Shown here piece by piece: positions 17,747 to 26,849 of a DNA stretch of 64,000 nt. The notes beneath the pieces are model-generated. The model saw nothing but the letters and a program-made list of their open reading frames with translations, was not told the origin of the DNA and ran no database searches. How positions within the stretch are numbered: the stretch's first letter is position 1; the number at the start of each line of letters is the position of its first letter. The stretch is from Anaerolineales bacterium (GTDB lineage: Bacteria; Chloroflexota; Anaerolineae; Anaerolineales; DRMV01): positions 2,997-66,996 of the forward strand of contig JALWJZ010000015.1 of NCBI GenBank assembly GCA_026996855.1, read 5' to 3'. Both the position numbers and the translations under genes were made by a program.

Positions 17747-18961
17747 TTAGTTGGGTTGGGTTTCCGTTCCGCCTTCCCCGGAAGGGGCAGGGAGCGTAAG
17801 AGGGAACCGGACGCGAATGCGGGTTCCCTGACCGGGACGGGACTGGATTTCCAATTCGCCCTTCAAGAAACGCGCCCGTTCTTCCATGTTCAACAGCCCG
17901 TAATGGCCCAATTTGCGCAATTCCTGGGCCTGTTCCGGGTCGAAGCCCAGACCGTCGTCCTCGATTTCCAAAGCCCCGTGCCCGTCATCTTCCATGCACA
18001 GACGCAGCGTGATGGTTTGCGCATTGGCGTGTTTGGCCGCGTTGTTCAGGGCTTCGGCCGCCAGGTAAAACAGGTGACGCTGGGCTTCGTCCGGTAAGTG
18101 CTCCAACACCTGCTCTTGAATTTCAGTACGCACTTCCCCGGGAAAGGTGGAGCGTATACGGGCCACCAGTTGCTCCAGTGCCTCGCGAAAGGCTCCCTGC
18201 TCCAGGGCCAGCGGCCGCAGGATGTACAATACCTGCCGGATTTCGTTCACGGCTTTGCGGGCTTTGTCTTCCAGTTCGTTCAGGCTTTCCAGTACGGTTT
18301 CGGGGTCGTCCTGGGCCAGGCGACGCAGGTACTGGGCTTCCATGACCAACCCCGAAAGGGTTTGGGCCGGTCCGTCGTGGAGGTCGCGCGCCAGGCGGTA
18401 CCGCACTTCCTCTTCCAACCGGTAAAGGCGCTGGATGCGGTGAAACAACGAACGCAGGCACAGGCGATGTTTCCAGGTCAGCAGGTACATGTCGGCTGCC
18501 AAACCCAACAGGGCCTGACGCTGGGAATTGAAATAATGCCTTCCGGGGTGGGCGAAGAGGAAATGGGCCACCCACTCCTGTTCTTCCCGTAAGGGATACC
18601 AGAAGAAACTGCGATAGGTTTCGATTCCGGGGAAGTTTTTGAGCAGCGGCGTTTCGCGGATTTCTTCGCGATGCAGAACGCGCGGTGTGGGATGGTTTTC
18701 GTAAAAAGAGCGAAAGAGCTCGTCGGGTATGTGCAGGGTCAAAGGCTCCGGTGTGAAGGCGGGGCCTTGCATACGCGTCAGGAGCCAGTCTTCCCCGTTG
18801 TCGTCGGGTTCCATCAAATAGCACACCAAACGGGTTTCGGTCCCTTTCAGCAGGGGTAGACCATGAATGAGCCGTTGGAGCGCGCTTTGAAGGATTTGAC
18901 GTTCGTTTGGAATTCTGGTTTCGTCCATCGACACATCACTCCCTGCCCTGAGCAAGGGCAT
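17747..18961 (-). CDS. Sensor histidine kinase, HisKA_3 (NarX/DegS-like) class, cytoplasmic with GAF-like N-terminal region
   Basis: The H-box is RLARDLHDGPAQTL. The HATPase region contains EALNNAAKHA, DDGLGFD and GHYGLLNMEERA. Confidence 0.85.
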   Translation of the reverse strand: MPLLRAGSDVSMDETRIPNERQILQSALQRLIHGLPLLKGTETRLVCYLMEPDDNGEDWLLTRMQGPAFTPEPLTLHIPDELFRSFYENHPTPRVLHREEIRETPLLKNFPGIETYRSFFWYPLREEQEWVAHFLFAHPGRHYFNSQRQALLGLAADMYLLTWKHRLCLRSLFHRIQRLYRLEEEVRYRLARDLHDGPAQTLSGLVMEAQYLRRLAQDDPETVLESLNELEDKARKAVNEIRQVLYILRPLALEQGAFREALEQLVARIRSTFPGEVRTEIQEQVLEHLPDEAQRHLFYLAAEALNNAAKHANAQTITLRLCMEDDGHGALEIEDDGLGFDPEQAQELRKLGHYGLLNMEERARFLKGELEIQSRPGQGTRIRVRFPLTLPAPSGEGGTETQPN

Positions 18962-19019
18962 GGAAACCGCGAGCCAAGGAGTTCATGCCTCCGGGTGCGC
19001 ATGTGTTTTCAGGTTGGTA

Positions 19020-19048
19020 ATTTTAGCATCCTTTCGAAGTTTCACCAA
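19020..19048 (-). promoter_or_regulatory. Candidate promoter for the kinase gene
   Basis: The minus strand reads TTGGTG, 17 nt, TAAAAT, in a locally AT-rich spacer. Confidence 0.35.
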
Positions 19049-19105
19049 ATGGCTTGAAAGTGCGTAGTATTTTGTCGTTTCAGAAAGGGATGCGGATACA
19101 GTCGT

Positions 19106-20218
19106 TCAGGGCCATCGCTGTGCGAAACGAGTGTAATGGGCCAGGGCCTCCCGATCTACCTGAATGCCCAAACCCGGCCCCTGGGGTACGGTGATGGTGC
19201 CGTCCTCGTTGAGGGTGAAGCGCTGGTGGGTGATGTCGCGAGCGTAATAGCGCTCGGTGGCGGAGATGTCGCCAGGGAGGGTGAAACCGGGCAGGGAGGC
19301 CAGGGCCAGGTTGGCCGCCCGCCCGATGCCGGTCTCCAGCATGCCGCCGCACCACACGGGCGCACCCCGTTCGCGGGCCACGTCGTGAATGGCCACGGCT
19401 TCGCTCAGGCCCCCGACCCGACCCTGTTTGATGTTGATGATGCGGCAGGCCCCCATTTCCAGGGCCTGGCGGGCGGCGCGAGGGTGGCGAATGCTCTCGT
19501 CCAGGCACAAAGGCGTGCGGAGTTCCCGTTGAAGGGCGCGATGATCCCACAGGTCGTCGTGGGCCAGGGGTTGTTCGATGAGCAGCAGGTTGTAGTCGTC
19601 CAGGGCGCGCAGGCGTTCCCGGGCCGTTTCCAGGGTGTAGGCTGCGTTGGCGTCCACTTGCAACGGCAGGTCGGGGAAGGCGCGGCGCACGGCTTGCACG
19701 TCTCCCAGGTCGCGACCGGGACGAATTTTGATTTTGATGCGGCGGTAGCCCTGCTCGACGAAGTGAGCCACCCGCTTCACCAGGTCCTCGGGCGTGGGTT
19801 GAATACCGATGGACACCCCTACGGGCACCCGGTTTCGCACGCCGCCCAGCAGGTCCTTCAAACTCTGGTTGCGGTGTTTGCCGTACAGGTCCCACAGGGC
19901 CATTTCCAGCCCGGCTTTGGCCATGGGATGCCCCCGCACCCAGGCCACGGCTCGGGCAAAATCGCGGGGGTGTTTCCAGGTGCGCTCCAAGAGTATCGGA
20001 ATGAGAAAGCGCTCCAGCACGCTCCAAGCGGTGTGTACGGTTTCTTCCGAATATCGCGGCTCCCAGCCGGCCACGCATTCGCCCCAACCGATGAAGCCGT
20101 CTCGGTCTCGCACTTCGACGATGATGGCGTCGCGCTCCTGGCGGCCACCGGTGGAGGTGACGAAGGCGTGTTGCAAAGGCATGCGAACGTGATACAGAAC
20201 GACGCTTTCCGGTTGCAT
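19106..20218 (-). CDS. Enolase-superfamily o-succinylbenzoate synthase / N-acyl(succinyl)amino acid racemase subfamily
   Basis: Start MQPESVVLYHVRMPL (ATG 20218). Supporting motifs are KIKIRPGRD, LQVDANAAY, LIEQPL, LCLDES and INIKQGRVGG. Confidence 0.85.
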   Translation of the reverse strand: MQPESVVLYHVRMPLQHAFVTSTGGRQERDAIIVEVRDRDGFIGWGECVAGWEPRYSEETVHTAWSVLERFLIPILLERTWKHPRDFARAVAWVRGHPMAKAGLEMALWDLYGKHRNQSLKDLLGGVRNRVPVGVSIGIQPTPEDLVKRVAHFVEQGYRRIKIKIRPGRDLGDVQAVRRAFPDLPLQVDANAAYTLETARERLRALDDYNLLLIEQPLAHDDLWDHRALQRELRTPLCLDESIRHPRAARQALEMGACRIINIKQGRVGGLSEAVAIHDVARERGAPVWCGGMLETGIGRAANLALASLPGFTLPGDISATERYYARDITHQRFTLNEDGTITVPQGPGLGIQVDREALAHYTRFAQRWP

Positions 20219-20374
20219 GGGACTGCCTCGACAAAAGGATGTAGCAAGGTTACTGTCATTGTAGCGCATCGTATCGGGAAAGGCGGTGCTCACCCCCGGG
20301 TGCCGGGTCCGCCTTCCCTGCTGGGCGGGCGCATCTCCGGAGGGAGGGGGAAAGGGCGCATTTCCCTCCCCGGC

Positions 20375-21283
20375 TCACACGCCCAGGGTGCTTTCGCCGT
20401 AGGTGACCACGTAAAAACTGCGCGGGGTGGGGCCTTTGAGGTGTAGAAAATCGGTGACGATGTAGCCCCGGTCGAAGAGTTCCAGGAAGACCTCCCGAAT
20501 GTGAAGCCGCCAGCGCCAGGCCAAATCCAGGTTTTGGTCGCGAATGGCAAAGAAGTTGGACGGAATCTCCACCAGGATGAAGTTTTCCTCCATCGGGTCG
20601 GGAAAGTCCACTTCCTCGGGGGGCACGGGCAGGCCCGCGTCGTCCAAGACCGATGGGTTGAGGATGCGCACCTCCGCGGCCAGAAAATGGGCCAGGTCCA
20701 GAGGCTTGCGGGGTTGCATTTGCATCCGGTCGCGCACGCGAGGGGTGTTCACCCACAGTTCCACCAAAAAACGGTCCGAAGGCAGGCCCCGATTGAGGGT
20801 ATCGGTCATGTTGCCGTAATAGTTGGGGTAATAGGTGCGCACGATGCCCCCCAGTTTGCGGATGTTCAAATGCGCGTTGCGGCTCCAGAGCGGGTCGTAG
20901 GTCCAGGTGATGAGTTCCAGGCCCTGGTGCCGCACCCATTGCCATTGGGCGCGCTTCAGCCAATAACCCAGGCCCATGTTGCGCCACTCGGGGTGCACGC
21001 CCAGCATGTGGGAACAGTGCTTGACCATGCGCTCGCCTTCGGGTGTTTCGTGAAAGCCCAGAAACCCCAACACAAAGCCCACCAGTTCCCGGGGCGGCTC
21101 CAGCGTATAAGCCCCCATGACCAACCCCCCTTCATGGGCCAGGGCCACCATAAAAGAGGCCGGTACCACAGCCTCCCGACCGGACCAGGCCAGGTCTTGC
21201 AGTCGGGTCACCTCTTCCATTTCTTCTGGTTGGGTGAGCACCCGAATTTCCACCTCACCTTTGGGCAAACGCAATCGTCGCAT
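20375..21283 (-). CDS. GNAT-fold acyltransferase (about 300 aa, two-lobed)
   Basis: GNAT motif A is HMLGVHPEWRNMGLGYWLKRAQ (R-x-x-G-x-G). It lies immediately upstream of the racemase-like gene on the same strand. Confidence 0.65.
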   Translation of the reverse strand: MRRLRLPKGEVEIRVLTQPEEMEEVTRLQDLAWSGREAVVPASFMVALAHEGGLVMGAYTLEPPRELVGFVLGFLGFHETPEGERMVKHCSHMLGVHPEWRNMGLGYWLKRAQWQWVRHQGLELITWTYDPLWSRNAHLNIRKLGGIVRTYYPNYYGNMTDTLNRGLPSDRFLVELWVNTPRVRDRMQMQPRKPLDLAHFLAAEVRILNPSVLDDAGLPVPPEEVDFPDPMEENFILVEIPSNFFAIRDQNLDLAWRWRLHIREVFLELFDRGYIVTDFLHLKGPTPRSFYVVTYGESTLGV

Positions 21284-21393
21284 TCGGGGCCTCCTGGAGG
21301 GGATGGGGGAAAATTCGACTTCCGGAAAAAGGTTCCTTCAAATCGAAAGGTTTGGACAGGGCGATGTGAGTAGCCTGCCTCGGAGAAAAGGCC

Positions 21394-22323
21394 TTACTCC
21401 TGGGCACCCGTTGCGGGCCCGACCAGGGCAGTCCGGGTCATGGGATGTTTTTCCAGGTAACGAGACAGGCGTTCGGGGAAGAGACCGAAACGTCGCGGAA
21501 GCACGTCCACGTCGGTGGTACGGTCCAGGGCCATGTAGTCCAGCCAGAAAAGCAGGCCCAACCCCCGACGGGTGGCCATGACCCAGGTGGTAGCCAGGGC
21601 ACGGGCATAGGCCATAGGTATGGGAACGAAACGAGGCTGGCGTTGCAGCGTGTGCGCGAGAAGATGCAAGAGGTCCTTCCACAGCAGGTGCTCCGGGCCG
21701 CCTACTTCCAGAACATACCTGGTTTCGGCGTCGGTGACCAGCAGGCTGAGCAGGGCCACCAGGTCTTCGACCCACAGAGGTTGAAGCATGGTTTCCCCGC
21801 CCCCGGGCAGGGGGAACAGGGGCCAGCGTGCCAGGTGGCGCATCAAAGGGGTGAGGAAGTGGTCGCCCGGGCCATACACCCATCCACTGCGCACGATGAT
21901 CCAGGGCGCCTGGCTTTGCATGATGGCCTGTTCGGCCAGACCCTTGGCCCGAAGCACGGAAAAGGCCGCGTATGGGTTGGCTCCCAGGTGGCTCAGGTAA
22001 ACGAATTTTTGCACCCCGGCTTCTTCCGCGGCCTGCACCAGGTGCCGGGTTCCCTGGACGTCCACGCGGTACAGGGTTTCCATGGCATATCGATGCTCCC
22101 CTGTGGCCAGGTGGATAACCACATCCACCCCCCGTACCGCGGAACGCACACTTTGCGAATTTTCCAGACGCCCCAATGCGATTTCCACCGGCAGGCCCCT
22201 GGGCAGGGCGCGGTTCAACGGACCGGGAGGAAGCAAAAGACGGACCCGGTGCCCGGCCTGTACCAGGGCCGGGACCAGGGCCCGTCCGATGAAACCCGTT
22301 GCGCCGCTGACCAAAAGTTTCAT
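21394..22323 (-). CDS. NAD(P)-dependent epimerase/dehydratase family SDR (NDUFA9/NmrA-like)
   Basis: Start MKLLVSGATGFIGRALV (ATG 22323) carries the Rossmann GxxGxxG. No Shine-Dalgarno sequence is present. The track extension to 22434 is rejected. Confidence 0.8.
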   Translation of the reverse strand: MKLLVSGATGFIGRALVPALVQAGHRVRLLLPPGPLNRALPRGLPVEIALGRLENSQSVRSAVRGVDVVIHLATGEHRYAMETLYRVDVQGTRHLVQAAEEAGVQKFVYLSHLGANPYAAFSVLRAKGLAEQAIMQSQAPWIIVRSGWVYGPGDHFLTPLMRHLARWPLFPLPGGGETMLQPLWVEDLVALLSLLVTDAETRYVLEVGGPEHLLWKDLLHLLAHTLQRQPRFVPIPMAYARALATTWVMATRRGLGLLFWLDYMALDRTTDVDVLPRRFGLFPERLSRYLEKHPMTRTALVGPATGAQE

Positions 22324-22339
22324 GGAAAATAAAAACCCG

Positions 22340-22362
22340 AAAAAGGCGCCAAGCGCCTTTTT
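22340..22362. terminator. Strong symmetric intrinsic terminator (A5-GGCGC-caa-GCGCC-T5)
   Basis: It lies 190 nt downstream of the rplS stop and 17 nt upstream of the SDR ATG. Confidence 0.65.
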
Positions 22363-22555
22363 CAGAGGGCGTTGCCAACCACCTACAGGGGTGCGGGCGC
22401 TGTCATCGCGGTGATGGGAAATGCCCTTTGGCAACGGAGAGGAAGTCGCCCGTGCCCACGCTCACCCGCAGAAGGGTGAACGTTGGACCCCAAACGAAGG
22501 CCTTTTCCCACCCACCGGGCACGGCCCCGTTTCCTTGGGGGCTGGTGGGCGGGGT

Positions 22556-22924
22556 TCACTCGCTCTGCTTGGGCATACGCCGCTTGAGCCGGGCGTGCTT
22601 TCCGATGCGCTCCCGCAGGTAGTACAGTCGGGCGCGACGCACTTTGGATTGTTGATGCCGCACCACTTTCTCGATGCGCGGGGAGCGCACAGGGAAGGTG
22701 CGTTCCACGCCAACCCCGTGGCTGGCAATGCGGCGTACGGTAAAGGTGGCGTTGTTCCCTTCCCCGCGCACGCGAATCACCGTGCCCCGGAATTCCTGCA
22801 CCCGTTCCCGGTCGCCTTCCTTTACCCGGAAATAGACGCTCACGATGTCGCCGGGGCGCAGATCCTGGGGAACGTTGGGGTTCGGCGGGGCCTCGAAAGC
22901 CTTGAGGAGTTCCGCTTTGTTCAT
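22556..22924 (-). CDS. rplS: 50S ribosomal protein L19
   Basis: Start [11 protein letters not shown] (ATG 22924, RBS GGAGG). Supporting segments are [27 protein letters not shown] and [22 protein letters not shown]. Confidence 0.95.
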   Translation of the reverse strand: MNKAELLKAFEAPPNPNVPQDLRPGDIVSVYFRVKEGDRERVQEFRGTVIRVRGEGNNATFTVRRIASHGVGVERTFPVRSPRIEKVVRHQQSKVRRARLYYLRERIGKHARLKRRMPKQSE

Positions 22925-23037
22925 GTCCGGGCCTCCTGAATTGCCAAAATAGGCTCGTTGAAAAAGAAGCCGTGCGATGTTCTTTCTCGAACACCACAAA
23001 ACCCCTTGCGGGGACTTCCCCGACAAGGGCGTCCCGC

Positions 23038-23046
23038 ATTATACCA
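23038..23046 (-). promoter_or_regulatory. Extended -10 (TGGTATAAT) candidate promoter for rplS
   Basis: The minus strand reads CATGGTATAATG. The roughly 105-nt leader carries a nested hairpin (CCCTTG-CGGGG-ACTT-CCCCG-A-CAAGGG). Confidence 0.35.
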
Positions 23047-23188
23047 TGCCCCTTGGTTTTTGCCGCGGCCAATTGGGGTCGCTTTTTTCGATTCGTGTTA
23101 CAATGAAATCCCTTTTTGTGTAACCCTTTTGACCAACTTGGGTTTTCCTTTGTGAAAACATTCTGCCGTCTTTCGGGAGGTGCCCTGT

Positions 23189-24190
23189 ATGAAACGACAT
23201 TTGGTACGCGCTTTGGTCCTCATTGTGGTGTTGGCCGCGGGGTTGGGTTATTTGGTCTATACGGGCTTTGAGGTCTTCGTGCCGACCCTGGCCAGCGCGG
23301 AAGGGGAACGTATTGACCAGTTGCTCCGTTTGCAGTTCTTTTTGATTGCCGCCATTTTCTCCTTGGTGGTGGGTTTTGCCCTGTACGCGGTGTTCGCGTT
23401 TCGTCGCCGCCCCGGGGATGAAACCGCGGGCCCCAGCATTCATGGCCATTCCTTGTTGGAAATTTCCTGGACCCTGGTGCCTTTGCTCATCGTGTTGGGG
23501 TTGAGCGCCATGACCACGCGGGACTTCTTTTGGATTCGCCGCCCCGACCACGACTTGTTGATTCGAGTGACCGGGCAGCAATTCTCCTGGATTTTCGAAT
23601 ACCCTGAGCAGGGCATCAAAAGCGGGGAACTGGTGGTGCCCGAAGGCAAGCGCATCAAATTCGAAATCCATTCGGCCGATGTGGTGCACAGTTTTTGGGT
23701 GCCCGAATGGCGCGTCAAAGAAGACGCGGTCCCCGGCTTGACCACGTACGCCTACATCACGCCTTCCCGCGAAGGTGCATTCAAGGTGCGATGTGCGGAA
23801 CTGTGCGGTGCGGGGCATGCCAACATGTTGGCTCCGGTGCGGGTGGTTTCCCAGGAGGAATTCGAGGCCTGGGTGGCTCAACAGAAGCCCCCAGCCGACC
23901 CGGTGGAACTGGGAAAGCGCCTGGTGGAACAGTATTGTGTGGCTTGCCACTCGCTGGACGGTTCCAAGAAGGTGGGCCCTACGTTCCTGGGGATGTTCGG
24001 TCGGCAAACGCCATTGACCGACGGCACCACGGTGACCGTGGATGAGGCCTACATTCAGGCTTCCATTCGCGACCCCAAAGCCCAGGTGGTGGAGGGCTTC
24101 CAGCCGGTGATGCCCGCTTTCGGGCCGGATCAACTTTCCGATGAAGAAGTCGCGGCCATCGTGGCCTTCTTGAAGACCTTGAAGGAATAA
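23189..24190 (+). CDS. ctaC: Cytochrome c oxidase subunit II with fused C-terminal cytochrome c (caa3 type)
   Basis: ATG 23189 lies 8 nt after GGGAGG. CuA motifs are HSFWVPEW and CAELCGAGHANM. The C-terminal haem site is CVACHS. Confidence 0.9.
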   Translation: MKRHLVRALVLIVVLAAGLGYLVYTGFEVFVPTLASAEGERIDQLLRLQFFLIAAIFSLVVGFALYAVFAFRRRPGDETAGPSIHGHSLLEISWTLVPLLIVLGLSAMTTRDFFWIRRPDHDLLIRVTGQQFSWIFEYPEQGIKSGELVVPEGKRIKFEIHSADVVHSFWVPEWRVKEDAVPGLTTYAYITPSREGAFKVRCAELCGAGHANMLAPVRVVSQEEFEAWVAQQKPPADPVELGKRLVEQYCVACHSLDGSKKVGPTFLGMFGRQTPLTDGTTVTVDEAYIQASIRDPKAQVVEGFQPVMPAFGPDQLSDEEVAAIVAFLKTLKE

Positions 24191-24219
24191 CCCGATTCCA
24201 CATCCTTGGGAGGTGGTGC

Positions 24220-26103
24220 ATGGTGCATCTGATGAGCACGGCTTTGGTGCGCGGTTTGCTGGGCCAGGCCGTGGGTTTCCTTCTGGGGCTGGTGTTGGTG
24301 CTGGCCGGTCGCGGCCTGTTAGGCCTGGATACCTCCTGGGAGGCCGCCCGACAACCGGCCCTGGTTTCGGCCGCCCTGGTGAGCGTGCTGGGGTTCATGC
24401 TGGCTTCGGGCATGGTGGAGGATTGGCTCAAGGAAATGCGGGGCGAACCTGCGCCTTTGCGCCACGGGCCGCCCGAAGGTCGTCCCGGTTGGTGGCGCTA
24501 TCTGAGCGTGGATTACAACCACAAGGTCATCGGCATCCAGTACGGCGCGACCAGCATCATCTTGTTGGGGCTGGCCGGCCTGGTGGCCGTCATCTTTCGG
24601 CTGGAACTGACCAAGCCCGGCATCGAGTTCTTGGATCCCAATCGTTTCAATACGTTGATTGGCTGGCACGGCATCGTCATGATTGCCGCCATTTTGCTGG
24701 GGGTAGGCGGCATGGCCAACTACCTCATTCCCCTCATGGTGGGCGCGCGCGATATGGCCTTCCCCCGGCTGAACGCTTTTGCCTTTTGGATTAACGTGCC
24801 CGCGGTGGTGCTGGTGGTCTTGGCCCTGTTCTGGGGCTGGGATACCGGCTGGACGGGCTACCCGCCCTTGGGTGTGTTTTCTCTGGCCGGTATCGACCTG
24901 TTCTACATCGGCGTCTTCGTGGTGGGCCTGTCTTCCATTTTGGGCGCCATCAACATCATCGCTACCTCTTTAGGGATGCGCGCGCGGGGAATGACGTTGT
25001 TCCGAATGCCCATCTTCGTGTGGGCCATGCTGGCCACTTCGCTCATCGCCCTGACTGCGACCCAACTCATCGGGCTGTCCTTCTTGATGGTGGTGCTGGA
25101 ACGCACCTTTGGTATGCACTTCTTCACCCCCATCCTCACCGAACACGCCAAGGCCATCGGCTCACCCCCGGGAAACCCTTTGCTCTTCCAGCACCTGTTC
25201 TGGTTCTATTCCCATCCGGCGGTGTACATCTTCGTCCTGCCGGGCCTGGGTATCATCAGTGAATTGCTACCCGTGTTCTCCCGCAAGCCCCTGTTCGGTT
25301 ATAAGTGGGTAGCCATGGCTTCCATGGCCATTGCCCTGGTGGGCTTCCTGGTGTGGGGGCACCACATGTTCACCTCGGGCATGAGCGACATCATGCGGGT
25401 GACCATGATGTGGACCACGTTGCTGGTCGCGGTACCCACGGGCATCAAGTTCTTCAACTGGCTGGGTACCATGTGGGGCGGAAAACTCACCTTCCCCACC
25501 CCTATGCTCTTCGTCTTGGGGGCGCTGTCCATTTTCCTCATCGGTGGCTTGAGCGGTCCGCCCAACGGCACGGTGACTACCGACCTCTTCTTGCACGATA
25601 CGTATTGGATTGTGGGCCATTTCCATGCCACCATGTTCGGTGGGTTCCTCTTCCCTTACATCGCCGCGGTGTACTACTGGTTCCCCAAGGTCACGGGGCG
25701 CATGTACAACGAAAGGTTGGGCAAACTCCACTTCTGGCTGATGACCCCCGCGTTCTGGGCCATGTCCTTGAGTCAAATGATGGCCGGTTTGTGGGGGATG
25801 CGTCGTCGTATTGTGGACTATGACCCCGCTTTGGGGATTGAACCCTTCCACCTGGTGACCACGGTGGCCGGTATTGTCATTTTTATTGCCATGCTCATCT
25901 TCGTTGGGAACATCGTGTGGAGCGCGGTCAAAGGCCCGGTGGCCGAGGCCAACCCCTGGAAGTCCCGGTCTCCTGAATTCCAGGTGCCTTCACCGGTGCC
26001 CGAGTTCAACTACGACCGGCCCCTGGTGGTGGTGGGCGACCCCTACGACTACGCCCGACCGGAACCGTACGTCGTCTTTGCTTCGAGCAGCGCGGCGGAT
26101 TAG
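24220..26103 (+). CDS. ctaD: Cytochrome c oxidase subunit I, with about 75 extra N-terminal residues (two extra predicted TM helices)
   Basis: Supporting motifs are DYNHKVIGIQYG, WFYSHPAVYIFVLPG, WGHHMF and GHFHATMFGG. Confidence 0.95.
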   Translation: MVHLMSTALVRGLLGQAVGFLLGLVLVLAGRGLLGLDTSWEAARQPALVSAALVSVLGFMLASGMVEDWLKEMRGEPAPLRHGPPEGRPGWWRYLSVDYNHKVIGIQYGATSIILLGLAGLVAVIFRLELTKPGIEFLDPNRFNTLIGWHGIVMIAAILLGVGGMANYLIPLMVGARDMAFPRLNAFAFWINVPAVVLVVLALFWGWDTGWTGYPPLGVFSLAGIDLFYIGVFVVGLSSILGAINIIATSLGMRARGMTLFRMPIFVWAMLATSLIALTATQLIGLSFLMVVLERTFGMHFFTPILTEHAKAIGSPPGNPLLFQHLFWFYSHPAVYIFVLPGLGIISELLPVFSRKPLFGYKWVAMASMAIALVGFLVWGHHMFTSGMSDIMRVTMMWTTLLVAVPTGIKFFNWLGTMWGGKLTFPTPMLFVLGALSIFLIGGLSGPPNGTVTTDLFLHDTYWIVGHFHATMFGGFLFPYIAAVYYWFPKVTGRMYNERLGKLHFWLMTPAFWAMSLSQMMAGLWGMRRRIVDYDPALGIEPFHLVTTVAGIVIFIAMLIFVGNIVWSAVKGPVAEANPWKSRSPEFQVPSPVPEFNYDRPLVVVGDPYDYARPEPYVVFASSSAAD

Positions 26104-26164
26104 AATTCCACGTCGGTAACGAACGTACCGAGACTTACATTTGTTTGCTCATAGGAGGAGGAAC

Positions 26165-26584
26165 ATGCTCAAACGGATTTTGTGGATTGTGGGTTTGGTC
26201 GTCTTCGCCCTGGCCCTGGTGGGCTGTGGAAGCGGCGGGAAGGAGGCTCCGGCGGCCGAAGCCGAGAAGTCCAGCGCGGAAACGGTCAGTGCGGAGCAGG
26301 TGCAGGCCCTGTTCGACAAGGGCGCCTGTGGTTCCTGCCACAAAATCGAGGGTATCAATGGCGCGGTGGGCACCGTAGGCCCCGACCTGTGCGCAGTGGG
26401 TGAAGAGGTGCAGGAAGGCGAGGAAACCCTGGCCGACGTCATTGAAGAAATCGTCGACCCCAATAAGACGATCACGCCGGGTTATCCTGCCGGAGTCATG
26501 CCGACCACCTTCGGTGACCTTTACACCCAGGAAGAACTGGAACTCATGGCCAAGTATCTGGCGCAACTTTCGTGCAAGGAATGA
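26165..26584 (+). CDS. Class I c-type cytochrome, lipoprotein
   Basis: The ATG follows AGGAGGAGG. The lipobox is LALVGC and the haem site is CGSCHK. Confidence 0.8.
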   Translation: MLKRILWIVGLVVFALALVGCGSGGKEAPAAEAEKSSAETVSAEQVQALFDKGACGSCHKIEGINGAVGTVGPDLCAVGEEVQEGEETLADVIEEIVDPNKTITPGYPAGVMPTTFGDLYTQEELELMAKYLAQLSCKE

Positions 26585-26654
26585 GCCTCGCGGGGAGGCC
26601 CGTCCGGTCCACAGGCCTCCCCCGGCCCATGTTTTCGTGAAGGAGGAACGCAGG

Positions 26655-26849
26655 ATGAACGGCGCTTACCGTACCGGTGTGATTGTGCTCGTGGGTCTGG
26701 CCGTGCTGACCCTCATCGAGTACTTCCTGGCCCTGGTGGGCGGTTTGATGGTGCCTTTGATGTTGGTGGCTGTCTTCAAAGCCGCTTTGATTTTGGAATA
26801 CTTCATGCACTTCTCCCATTTGTGGAGCGAAGAAGGAGGGGCTGAATGA
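26655..26849 (+). CDS. Small two-TM cytochrome oxidase subunit IV-like protein (64 aa)
   Basis: The ATG follows AGGAGG. The sequence is MNGAYRTGVIVLVGLAVLTLIEYFLAL...ILEYFMHFSHLW. Its stop overlaps the ctaE start as ATGA. Confidence 0.6.
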   Translation: MNGAYRTGVIVLVGLAVLTLIEYFLALVGGLMVPLMLVAVFKAALILEYFMHFSHLWSEEGGAE

